Source: an uncultured virus (IMG/VR IMGVR_UViG_3300046168_000066)
Taxonomy: Duplodnaviria; Heunggongvirae; Uroviricota; Caudoviricetes
Strand: one strand, 5' to 3'
Length of the DNA: 64,000 nt
Virus record (IMG/VR): IMGVR_UViG_3300046168_000066
Within the stretch, counting starts at the first letter, position 1; each line of letters starts with the position of its first letter. The notes beneath the pieces are model-generated. The model saw nothing but the letters and a program-made list of their open reading frames with translations. It searched no databases and was not told where the DNA came from. Below, one piece after another: positions 52,759 to 61,014 of this stretch. The position numbers were made by a program, and so were the translations under genes.

Positions 52759-53400
52759 ATGAAAAAAAATTATATATTTTGCTCTGAATCATTAAACTTC
52801 GTGTGGATAGATTTACCAAAAGTCGCCTCAACATCGATAAGAAAAAAATTGATGGAGGAAACGATTGACTTCAGAACACTTGCATTAGATTCAAAACTTG
52901 TAGACAACATTGGTGAAGTGGATTTTAATAATAAATTTAAAAATTGTTTTATTTTCTGCTTTGTAAGAAATCCTTGGGATAGACTTTTATCATTTTACAA
53001 AATGATAAAACAAAGAGATGGTCGGTTAAAGCGATTTCAACGTGTATATTACAATCACTATAAGAAAAAATTATTAATTAATGACAACTTTTTTGAATTC
53101 AGTGGTTTCTGCAATAGACTCTGTGAATTTTTAGAAATAAAGCATAATTTTATTGATCATATAAATTTACAAACAAGTTTTTTATACAAAACTCCTGACT
53201 TCATCGGAAGATTTGAAAATTTACAACAAGACTTTGATATAATCTGTGACAAAATTGGAATTCCAAAACAACAACTTCCACACATAAACAAAACAAAGCA
53301 CAAATGTTACACCGAATACTACGATGAAGAAACTCGTAAAATCGTTGCGGAAAAATACGCAAAAGACATTGAGTATTTTAATTATAAATTTGGAGAGTAA
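52759..53400 (+). CDS. Sulfotransferase family 2 protein
   Basis: IDLPKVASTS; FVRNPWDRL; conserved tail. Confidence 0.9.
   Translation: MKKNYIFCSESLNFVWIDLPKVASTSIRKKLMEETIDFRTLALDSKLVDNIGEVDFNNKFKNCFIFCFVRNPWDRLLSFYKMIKQRDGRLKRFQRVYYNHYKKKLLINDNFFEFSGFCNRLCEFLEIKHNFIDHINLQTSFLYKTPDFIGRFENLQQDFDIICDKIGIPKQQLPHINKTKHKCYTEYYDEETRKIVAEKYAKDIEYFNYKFGE
53197..53400 (+). repeat. Sulfotransferase constant 3' repeat copy
   Basis: 49 bp and 51 bp perfect matches to the 55458 copy. Confidence 0.9.
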
Positions 53401-53403
53401 AGG

Positions 53404-54150
53404 ATGATACCTAAAAAAATAAATAAAAATATAATCTATCAGGTAATAACACCTCTTGTAAAAAATTCTCTTTACGATGACAGAAAATTTTGTTTAAAAA
53501 CACGTGTTCCAAGTGTAAAAAAATATGCAAGTGCGGTTGGTGCAAAATATAAAGTTATTGGTCGGAAAGTTAAAACAGAAAACAAAGGTCAGAATGAACA
53601 ATTTTTTGCTTTTAAATTCAAAACAAAATTATTGAAAAAGTTCAGTCAAAGTGAATATGATAATTTTTTATTTTTAGATGAAGATGTTGAGGTCGTAAAC
53701 TTTATTGAAAATATGTTTAACCTTGGTGAGCAAATTTATCTAAAACCTTGGCCGGGAAGACAAAAAGAAAGACTCCGTAAAAGAAACGCAAAAATTTATA
53801 ATTATTTAGGTGAGTTTATGTACAATTACGGTGTGTGTTACATTAAAAAAGATTGTGCTATGAAATTATCCAAAATAGATGTTAATAAAATTTTAAAATT
53901 TGGATTTACATTTCCGTGTGGATATCATATTAGTGCAACTAATTTCCCGAACGGAAAATTTGGGGGTGTTGATGAAATCGTATTGGCAATACAATTGTAT
54001 ATAACAGATACAAAAGTTACACAACTAGTTGGCAATGATTTAGAAAGATGGCATTGGGGTGGACGACAGGTAAATAACCCAAAGACCAAATACAACTTTA
54101 TTCATTTTCAAGGAAAAAACAAATCTACTAACCATAAACGGTGGTTTTAA
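53404..54150 (+). CDS. Putative GT-A glycosyltransferase
   Basis: FLFLDEDV, NYGV, DE, FIHFQG. Confidence 0.55.
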   Translation: MIPKKINKNIIYQVITPLVKNSLYDDRKFCLKTRVPSVKKYASAVGAKYKVIGRKVKTENKGQNEQFFAFKFKTKLLKKFSQSEYDNFLFLDEDVEVVNFIENMFNLGEQIYLKPWPGRQKERLRKRNAKIYNYLGEFMYNYGVCYIKKDCAMKLSKIDVNKILKFGFTFPCGYHISATNFPNGKFGGVDEIVLAIQLYITDTKVTQLVGNDLERWHWGGRQVNNPKTKYNFIHFQGKNKSTNHKRWF

Positions 54151-54152
54151 AC

Positions 54153-55658
54153 ATGGATTATACTATAAATTGTGACACCGGTGGAAACCACGGACATCAA
54201 ATAAAGACGTGGATTGGTTCATATACAGTGGGAAAACTTCTCAATTTAAATTATGTTCATACGGACTATGAGTATTTAAATTTTTTCTTTCCAAGTTCGT
54301 GTTTTAAAAATCTAGGTGATAAAACCTATAATAAAAATATTAAGAACGAAACATATATGTTTGATGGTGTAGAAACATATAAGGAGTTTTTGGATGTTAC
54401 TAAAAAATTTAAAATAGATGACAATACACTTATTACCTTTGAGGATGCGTTTAGAATTCACCCATTTCAAACTATAAATTGGTTTAATAAAAAAGAAATA
54501 AACAAAAATATATTTTCAGAGGTGTGTTCAGATGTAGAAAAGTTTTTTTATTCTAATAAAAAAAATGAAAAATTAAGTGATTTACTTACGGTGTGCATTC
54601 ATGTTCATTTGCACAAAACTGGAGGAGGTAGACCACATTCTCCGAGGTTTGCGTTTTCACTTGAATATTATGAAAATATAATGATGCAACTTGAGTATAT
54701 TTACGGTGGGGATAAACTAAATTTTCGTTTATATGCAGAAGAAAGTAATTCTGAACTCATGGTAGATAGATTTGCATACAAAAAAAATGTAACTTATGTA
54801 ATTGGTAAAAATAGAGGTCCTTGTGAGAACGAATATATTCACACTATTTTTAAGGAAATGGTAGATTCTGACATTTTGGTTTGTTCAAATAGTTCATTTT
54901 CGGTGGTTGCCACATATTTTAGAGTTACAAATAAAAATAAAATAACAATTTATCATCCCCACTCTCACCTTGATAATTTATACGAAGTTTCAAACTGCAT
55001 TTCAACAAACATCAATGGTTGTCTTGAAAAAAACAAAATTAATTTTCCTGTCGCACGAAAAGTAATATTAAATCAATTTAAAAAAATAAAACCTATATAT
55101 AGGCACTCTCAGATTGCTATAAATATACCCAATTCAGGTACAAATGTTATTTTAAACTTTGCAAGCAACCGAAAATTATTTAAAACATCTGTTATAAACT
55201 CAAAGAATAAAAATAGAGCAATATCAGATAAAACAAAGTATTTAAAAGACTATACAATTTTACCAGAGCAATTTACTTTTGCATTTGTTAGAAATCCTTG
55301 GTGTCGTTTGGTTTCAATATACAACGAGTTACACTTAAAGAACGAGATGTTTTCTCAGTTTTTATATAGAATTGATACAGACTCAACACTTGCGAGTTGT
55401 AAATCTATATTACCTCAGTACAAATGGATTTGTGATAAAAACGATAATATTTTAGTAGATTACATCGGAAAATTTGAAAATTTACAACAAGACTTTGATA
55501 TAATCTGTGACAAAATTGGAGTTCCAAAACAACAACTTTCACATAAAAACAAAACAAAACACAAACATTACACCGAATACTACGATGACGAAACCCGTAA
55601 AATCGTTGCGGAAAAATACGCAAAAGACATTGAGTATTTTAATTATGAATTTGAATAG
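54153..55658 (+). CDS. Fucosyltransferase-like (GT11) domain fused to a sulfotransferase family 2 domain
   Basis: GNHGHQ...CIHVH...DILVCSNSSFS; then INIPNSGT, FVRNPWCRL and the conserved tail. Confidence 0.72.
   Translation: MDYTINCDTGGNHGHQIKTWIGSYTVGKLLNLNYVHTDYEYLNFFFPSSCFKNLGDKTYNKNIKNETYMFDGVETYKEFLDVTKKFKIDDNTLITFEDAFRIHPFQTINWFNKKEINKNIFSEVCSDVEKFFYSNKKNEKLSDLLTVCIHVHLHKTGGGRPHSPRFAFSLEYYENIMMQLEYIYGGDKLNFRLYAEESNSELMVDRFAYKKNVTYVIGKNRGPCENEYIHTIFKEMVDSDILVCSNSSFSVVATYFRVTNKNKITIYHPHSHLDNLYEVSNCISTNINGCLEKNKINFPVARKVILNQFKKIKPIYRHSQIAINIPNSGTNVILNFASNRKLFKTSVINSKNKNRAISDKTKYLKDYTILPEQFTFAFVRNPWCRLVSIYNELHLKNEMFSQFLYRIDTDSTLASCKSILPQYKWICDKNDNILVDYIGKFENLQQDFDIICDKIGVPKQQLSHKNKTKHKHYTEYYDDETRKIVAEKYAKDIEYFNYEFE
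55458..55658 (+). repeat. Sulfotransferase constant 3' repeat copy
   Basis: Perfect matches to the 53197 copy. Confidence 0.9.
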
Positions 55659-55702
55659 TTAGTAGCATTTTATACAAATTCTAAACAAATGATATTACCG
55701 AT

Positions 55703-56522
55703 ATGATAGGAATTAAATATTTAGGAAGATTTGGAAATAATATGTTTCAATATGCTTTTGGTAGATTATTGGCAATAAAATGTGGCTATGAGTTTATGGT
55801 CGTGGGTAAAGTTGCTAAAAGAAAACACGATAATATTTGTAAGAATTGGTTTGATTTAAAGAGAGGTGTTGATTTTAATAAAGAACATTTATTTACTAAC
55901 ACACTAAAAGAAAAAAAACACGGAGTTCTACTTAAAAATTATTCTAATTTATCTGACGTAAAAAAGGATACTATCGTATCAGGATTTTGGCAGAGTGAAA
56001 AATATTATATTGATAACGAAAAACTAGTTGAACAATTTTTTCAGAAAAAAACTAAAATATATATAAATAAAACTAAACATATAAAATTCAATGAAAATTT
56101 GTGCATAATTCACATGAGAGTTGGGGATTATATTAAAAAAAACCAAAGTTGGATTTTACCTAAAGATTTTTATATTAAAGCAATGAATAAAATGTTGACT
56201 TTTAATAAAAATATAAAATTTAAGATAGTCACAGATACAATTACATATGCAAAAGAACAATTTCCAAATATAGAAATAGTGGCGTCATCACCACAGGCAG
56301 ACTTTCATAGAATTATGCAAGCAAAATATAAAATAATTTCCAATTCCTCATTTTCATGGTGGGCCTGCTTGGTTGGGTCACAACACAAGTAATATAACAA
56401 TTGCACCTGAATATTGGATAAACTACGGTCAAGTATACGACCCAACAAACCTAAAAGTAGAGTTGGGTGACTTGCGTTGGTGGCCACTTAATATAAAATC
56501 AAAAAGATTTTTGTATATATAA
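55703..56522 (+). CDS. GT11 alpha-1,2-fucosyltransferase-like (apparent +1 frameshift near 56364)
   Basis: GRFGNNMFQYA, GFWQSEKY, IHMRVGDY, SNSSFSWW; removing one C restores AAWLG...IAPEYW. Confidence 0.88.
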
Positions 56523-56531
56523 TAATACACA

Positions 56532-57128
56532 ATGATAAGTCACGAATATAAATTTATTTTAATAACACCGAAAAAAACTGGTTCAACCAGTCTAACAAGT
56601 GCATTGCTACCCTATTGTGATGTCAAAAAAATTAATCAAGAATCTTCTCAATGTTTTAATATATTTGATGAGTTTACAACTAAATCAAACAAATATGGAA
56701 GCAAGCATATTACAATTCAAAAGGTTCAACGAGGTTTAAATAAAAGACAAAAAGATATTAAAGATTTTTTAAAAATTGGAGTTGTACGCAACCCGTTTAG
56801 CAGAGTTATTTCATTTTGGAGATGGAGTGGCAAATTCAATAACTTATCTTTTTCAGATTTTCTAAAATATAAGAAACCTCCTGAATATTTCAGTTCGTTT
56901 GTTCTGAATGGAGAATTTGTCATGGATTGTGTAATAAAATTTGAAAACCTCCAACAAGATTTCAATATCGTCTGCGACAAAATCGGAGTTCCCCGTCAAG
57001 AACTTCCACATACAAACAAAAGCAAACACAAACACTATACCGAATACTACGATGAAGAAACGAAGCAAATCGTTGCGGAAAGATACGCAAAAGACATTGA
57101 GCATTTTGGATATGAGTTTAGGGAATAG
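56532..57128 (+). CDS. Sulfotransferase family 2 protein
   Basis: TPKKTGSTS; VRNPFSR; conserved tail. Confidence 0.9.
   Translation: MISHEYKFILITPKKTGSTSLTSALLPYCDVKKINQESSQCFNIFDEFTTKSNKYGSKHITIQKVQRGLNKRQKDIKDFLKIGVVRNPFSRVISFWRWSGKFNNLSFSDFLKYKKPPEYFSSFVLNGEFVMDCVIKFENLQQDFNIVCDKIGVPRQELPHTNKSKHKHYTEYYDEETKQIVAERYAKDIEHFGYEFRE
56937..57128 (+). repeat. Sulfotransferase constant 3' repeat copy
   Basis: Direct DNA comparison with the other copies. Confidence 0.88.
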
Positions 57129-57131
57129 GAT

Positions 57132-58043
57132 ATGAACGCAAATGAAACCTGTATGGATAAAAAATTTTTAGGATTGATAACTCGTTGTAAAGATGAGTTT
57201 TTTGTTGGAGAATTCTGCAAATATTACTTAAGCCAAGGTGTCGACTTCATTTATATTATAGATGATGACAGTAATGATAAATCAATTTATGATAATATTA
57301 AAAAAAATCATAATGTAAATGTAATATTTAAAAAAAATGTCTTAGGCGATGGTTCAGAAAATAGTCACGAAATGGACGAAGTAAATAATGTGTATCGAGA
57401 AATCAAAAATGATTTTGTATGGATTATTTCTGTAGATGTGGATGAATTTATTACAACTAAAAAAAATATTAAAAAAACTATCAAAGAGGAATTAAAAACC
57501 ACATTCAAGGATGCCGATTGTGTAAAAGTTCCGTGGGTAATGATGTCTTGTAACAATAAAGAGAAAAATCCAAAAAGCATTTTAAGAGAAAATGTATATA
57601 GATGGAATCATGACAAAAAACATCGTCCTCCAAAGAAGAACCATAAATTTAGGTGTAGATATAATAAAATAGAGGTTAAATGTATATTTAAATCCAGTAA
57701 ATGGAATAAAATTGTTGTTCATTATCCTGCAAATAAAGTTGGAAATTGCAAAATCGTTGATAGTATCAACAACCACCAGCAAAAAGTATTACGTCGTCTT
57801 CATTCTAAGCTAAGAGAATCTGATATCGAAGAAGGGTATTTACTTTGCTACCACTATAGAACTATAAGTGTAGAAAATTGCAAAAAAAAGATTAAAAACT
57901 CAATAGAAACCAACAATCCAGTCGGAAAACTTGGATATGGGTATATTACACTAGAAGACATTATGAAATCAGATTTTCCGGAAGTCTATGATGATACTTT
58001 AAAAATAAAGATAAATAACTTAGGAGAGAGTGGTGGAAAGTAA
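57132..58043 (+). CDS. Glyco_tranf_2_4 / GT92-like glycosyltransferase
   Basis: EFCKYYLSQGVDFIYIIDDDS, SVDVDEF, KCIF, YHY. Confidence 0.78.
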   Translation: MNANETCMDKKFLGLITRCKDEFFVGEFCKYYLSQGVDFIYIIDDDSNDKSIYDNIKKNHNVNVIFKKNVLGDGSENSHEMDEVNNVYREIKNDFVWIISVDVDEFITTKKNIKKTIKEELKTTFKDADCVKVPWVMMSCNNKEKNPKSILRENVYRWNHDKKHRPPKKNHKFRCRYNKIEVKCIFKSSKWNKIVVHYPANKVGNCKIVDSINNHQQKVLRRLHSKLRESDIEEGYLLCYHYRTISVENCKKKIKNSIETNNPVGKLGYGYITLEDIMKSDFPEVYDDTLKIKINNLGESGGK

Positions 58044-58080
58044 AGACATTAAGTATTTTAATTATGAGTTTGGAGGATAA
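58042..58080 (+). pseudogene. Orphan 3' tail of the sulfotransferase repeat
   Basis: aaagacattaagtattttaattatgagtttggaggataa = KDIKYFNYEFGG*. Confidence 0.85.
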
Positions 58081-58083
58081 AAT

Positions 58084-58977
58084 ATGAAAGACTCATTATT
58101 TGACTTAGCAATACTACGTTCAGGATTTGGTCGCAACGGATATAACTACTTTAAAAATGCTCAGATATTCCAAAAATTTAGAATAGTAATTTGCCCACCA
58201 CAATTAGGATCAATAATACACAATAAAAATTCAGAATATCCTCATGTGTTTTGTAAATCATCGGTGAATCCTGAAATCATTTTTGAAAATATAGATTATA
58301 TAAACCGTAGGTGTGGAAAAAATAAGAATTTGATTCTCGGATCAGCTGATCGATCAAGAAATATTTATAATTTTGGCTCTGAACTAAAGAAACATTTTGA
58401 TAACATTTTTTTGGAAGCATTAAATCGTGATGATCCTAACATAAAAACATTTCCAATGGGATTTACATATCGGTATGTAAAATATTTTAACAAAGATATA
58501 TTTAGTAAACTGATAAATTGTTCGTATAATATACAAAAAGAAAAACTAATAGGAACTGCATTTGGAAAAAGCTGGCCTTCATTATCAAATCGTCTTTCTG
58601 ACCGTATTAATATATTAGATGCGATTACTAATAATGAACTTATAGAAAACTTTTTCTGCGATTTATCAGAATATCATATCAAAAAAAGTCAATATATGTA
58701 TTTTGCAAGTCCCCGTGGGAAAGGAATCCAATCTCCTAAAATATATGAATCTATAATGTGTGAAACAGTTCCAGTGTTAACTGATGCTCCGTATGCAAGA
58801 CAACTAAGAGATTTATATAATTTACCAATTTACATAATCGACAAATGGGAAAATCTAAATGAAAATCATTTAATTGAAACATACGAAAATAAATATAAAA
58901 ATTACGATTGGTGTTCTTTGAAAAAAAGATTTCATGTAGATAATTTTATAGGTGAATTTTTAAATAAAGATTATTGA
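58084..58977 (+). CDS. Exostosin (GT47)-like protein
   Basis: FPMG; YFASPRGKGIQSPKIYESIMCETVPV; LPIYIIDKW. Confidence 0.65.
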   Translation: MKDSLFDLAILRSGFGRNGYNYFKNAQIFQKFRIVICPPQLGSIIHNKNSEYPHVFCKSSVNPEIIFENIDYINRRCGKNKNLILGSADRSRNIYNFGSELKKHFDNIFLEALNRDDPNIKTFPMGFTYRYVKYFNKDIFSKLINCSYNIQKEKLIGTAFGKSWPSLSNRLSDRINILDAITNNELIENFFCDLSEYHIKKSQYMYFASPRGKGIQSPKIYESIMCETVPVLTDAPYARQLRDLYNLPIYIIDKWENLNENHLIETYENKYKNYDWCSLKKRFHVDNFIGEFLNKDY

Positions 58978-59103
58978 TGCCGTTCCCACAATTGAATTTT
59001 ACGATTTCCGACATATCTGCCACAAAAAAGCATACAATTTTTCAAATTATTTTCATAAACCCCCTCGTCTTTCTATTTATATAAGGAGGTTAGCAGATAG
59101 ATA

Positions 59104-59676
59104 ATGATAAGTCATAAACACAAGTTTATTTTTGTTCACATTCCCAAAACGGCAGGTCGAAGCATAGAAAAATATTTGCTAAATTTTAATTCTATGAGAG
59201 AAATGCAACCACATCACTCGGTCACCGATTACATTAAAAGAGTAAAAAATTTTAATTCTATGTTTAAATTTTCATTTGTAAGAAATCCATATGAAAGATT
59301 ATTAAGTGAATATTTTTACATGAAGAGGATGAAAGGTTGTAACTGTGAATTTAAAGATTTTAAAATAGAGTGCAATACATTTAAAAAATTTGTAATTTCC
59401 GATGCGGTAGAAAAATGTTGTTTTAAACATCACAATACTCCACAAATTGAAATGGCAAATCCCAAATACATGAATTTTATAGGAAGATTTGAAAATCTCC
59501 AAGAAGACTTTGATATTATCTGCGACAAAATTGGAATTCCACGACAACAACTTCCACACAAAAACAAAAGCAAACACAAACACTACACCGAATATTACAA
59601 CGATGAGACGAAACAAATCGTTGCGGAAAAATACGCAAAGGATATTGAGTATTTCGGTTATAAATTTGGAGAATGA
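59104..59676 (+). CDS. Sulfotransferase family 2 protein
   Basis: FVHIPKTAGRS; FVRNPYERL; conserved tail. Confidence 0.9.
   Translation: MISHKHKFIFVHIPKTAGRSIEKYLLNFNSMREMQPHHSVTDYIKRVKNFNSMFKFSFVRNPYERLLSEYFYMKRMKGCNCEFKDFKIECNTFKKFVISDAVEKCCFKHHNTPQIEMANPKYMNFIGRFENLQEDFDIICDKIGIPRQQLPHKNKSKHKHYTEYYNDETKQIVAEKYAKDIEYFGYKFGE
59473..59676 (+). repeat. Sulfotransferase constant 3' repeat copy
   Basis: 59513-59598 is identical to 60128-60213 (86 bp). Confidence 0.92.
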
Positions 59677-59679
59677 GGA

Positions 59680-60294
59680 ATGATAAGTCATAAGTATAAA
59701 TGCATATTTATTCACATACCTAAATGTGGGGGTTCTTCAATAGAAAATGCCATTGATGGTAGAGACTGGTGGAATATAAACAAACCAATTAACATAAAAT
59801 GTGAAAAACACTTTTCAGCTGAGAAGTGTAAGCAACAATATAGCAAGTATTGGGAAGAATACACCAAATTTACTATGGTGCGAAATCCTTATTCATTACA
59901 AGTATCATGGTATTTTTTTAAAAATATATATAATCACAAAATGTCCTTCAAAGAATATGTTAAAAACGAAAAAATTAATCGTATTTCAAGATATAGTGGT
60001 GGGTTCTTAGATAAAAAGTGGAGTAAGATAATGCCAGACTTATTAACATCTTACGAGTATATTTCAACTAATGGTGCAATTGAATTAGATTTCATCGGAA
60101 AATTTGAAAACATCCAAGAAGACTTTAATATTATCTGCGACAAAATTGGAATTCCACGACAACAACTTCCACACAAAAACAAAAGCAAACACAAACACTA
60201 CACCGAATATTACGATGACGAAACTCGTCAAATCGTTGCGGAAAAATACGCAAAGGACATTGAGTATTTTGGGTATGAATTTGGGAAAAGTTGA
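59680..60294 (+). CDS. Sulfotransferase family 2 protein
   Basis: FIHIPKCGGSS; VRNPYS; conserved tail. Confidence 0.9.
   Translation: MISHKYKCIFIHIPKCGGSSIENAIDGRDWWNINKPINIKCEKHFSAEKCKQQYSKYWEEYTKFTMVRNPYSLQVSWYFFKNIYNHKMSFKEYVKNEKINRISRYSGGFLDKKWSKIMPDLLTSYEYISTNGAIELDFIGKFENIQEDFNIICDKIGIPRQQLPHKNKSKHKHYTEYYDDETRQIVAEKYAKDIEYFGYEFGKS
60088..60294 (+). repeat. Sulfotransferase constant 3' repeat copy
   Basis: 86 bp identity to the 59473 copy. Confidence 0.92.
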
Positions 60295-60989
60295 TGAACG
60301 ATACGCAAAATATTGCAATTGTATACTCAGCACACGGTAAGAAATATACGAAATACGCAGAACGATGTGCAAGATATTCTAAAAAAATTATTTGCGACCA
60401 AAAATGTGATTTGGTATTTCATACTAATCACGATTATGATAATAGTGAAGGTATATTTGATAAAGTAGTTTATGAGAAAAATATTTTTCCATCACATAAG
60501 TCACACGCATTCAAAATACAAGGAATCATAAATTTGCTATGCAATACGACATATAAAAAGTTTTTATACATCGATAGTGATGCCATTATACTAAAAAAAG
60601 ATTTTATGATTCCGTTTGATTATTTAGATACTCACGATTTATTAGGTGTGAGTGCAAAAAAAGAATATGGTCCAAGTTCAAAGGAAATAGATTCTATTGG
60701 AAAGTATGTAAAAATTCCAAATAGTTTTGGTGAAATTAATACCGGAGTTATTTATTACAATAATAATGCGGATATAATAAGATTAATGAAGAATTGGTTA
60801 GATTTTTTCTTAAATAACTATAAAAAAAAGTATGACCAAGGTGGGTTTAGATTATGTTTGTATGAGTCAGATATAAAATTTAAGAGAATAGATGATATTT
60901 TTAATCAAAGATTTAAAAAACCAAATAACGAAACCGTCATACTACACGGACCGGGAAGCGTATTTAAGTTAATAGATAGTTGTTCTTAA
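60294..60989 (+). CDS. GT8-like nucleotide-sugar transferase
   Basis: FLYIDSDA, INTGVIYY, DQGGFR, ILH; similar to 30760. Confidence 0.7.
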   Translation: MNDTQNIAIVYSAHGKKYTKYAERCARYSKKIICDQKCDLVFHTNHDYDNSEGIFDKVVYEKNIFPSHKSHAFKIQGIINLLCNTTYKKFLYIDSDAIILKKDFMIPFDYLDTHDLLGVSAKKEYGPSSKEIDSIGKYVKIPNSFGEINTGVIYYNNNADIIRLMKNWLDFFLNNYKKKYDQGGFRLCLYESDIKFKRIDDIFNQRFKKPNNETVILHGPGSVFKLIDSCS

Positions 60990-61014
60990 ATTTATATACA
61001 GAATATTTATTTAT

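Noticed and set aside
11560..56370. Many frameshifts or stops (about 11565, 16021, 16920, 37051, 43870, 44048, 45030, 45047, 45560, 45586, 45761, 49420, 51200, 51258, 52165, 56364) as phase variation, programmed frameshifting or pseudogenisation
   Set aside because: Nearly all are single-base gains or losses in short (2-6 nt) homopolymers, five of them in otherwise well-conserved rmlB. This is the signature of long-read consensus error. Only the G6 (16920) and T9 (37043) tracts could plausibly be slippage switches, and raw reads are needed to tell.
46950..60294. Diversity-generating retroelement (TR/VR) explanation for the repeated 3' ends
   Set aside because: No reverse transcriptase in the window, all long copies are coding, differences are not adenine-specific, and the 3' end is the conserved part rather than the variable part.
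46950..60294. CRISPR array or classical integron attC array
   Set aside because: Repeats are ~200 bp, protein-coding and irregularly spaced by whole genes. No cas gene, no IntI and no recognisable RYYYAAC/GTTRRRY attC structure.
47356..60340. Recurrent +1-frame and antisense ORFs over the tails (23307, 47356, 48567, 56941, 59489, 60104; minus-strand 47377, 48651, 56862, 59302, 60085) as an overlapping gene family
   Set aside because: They are explained by the repeated sequence and its C-ending codons. They have no SD, variable ends, and the +1 frame is broken by stops in the 53197 and 55458 copies.
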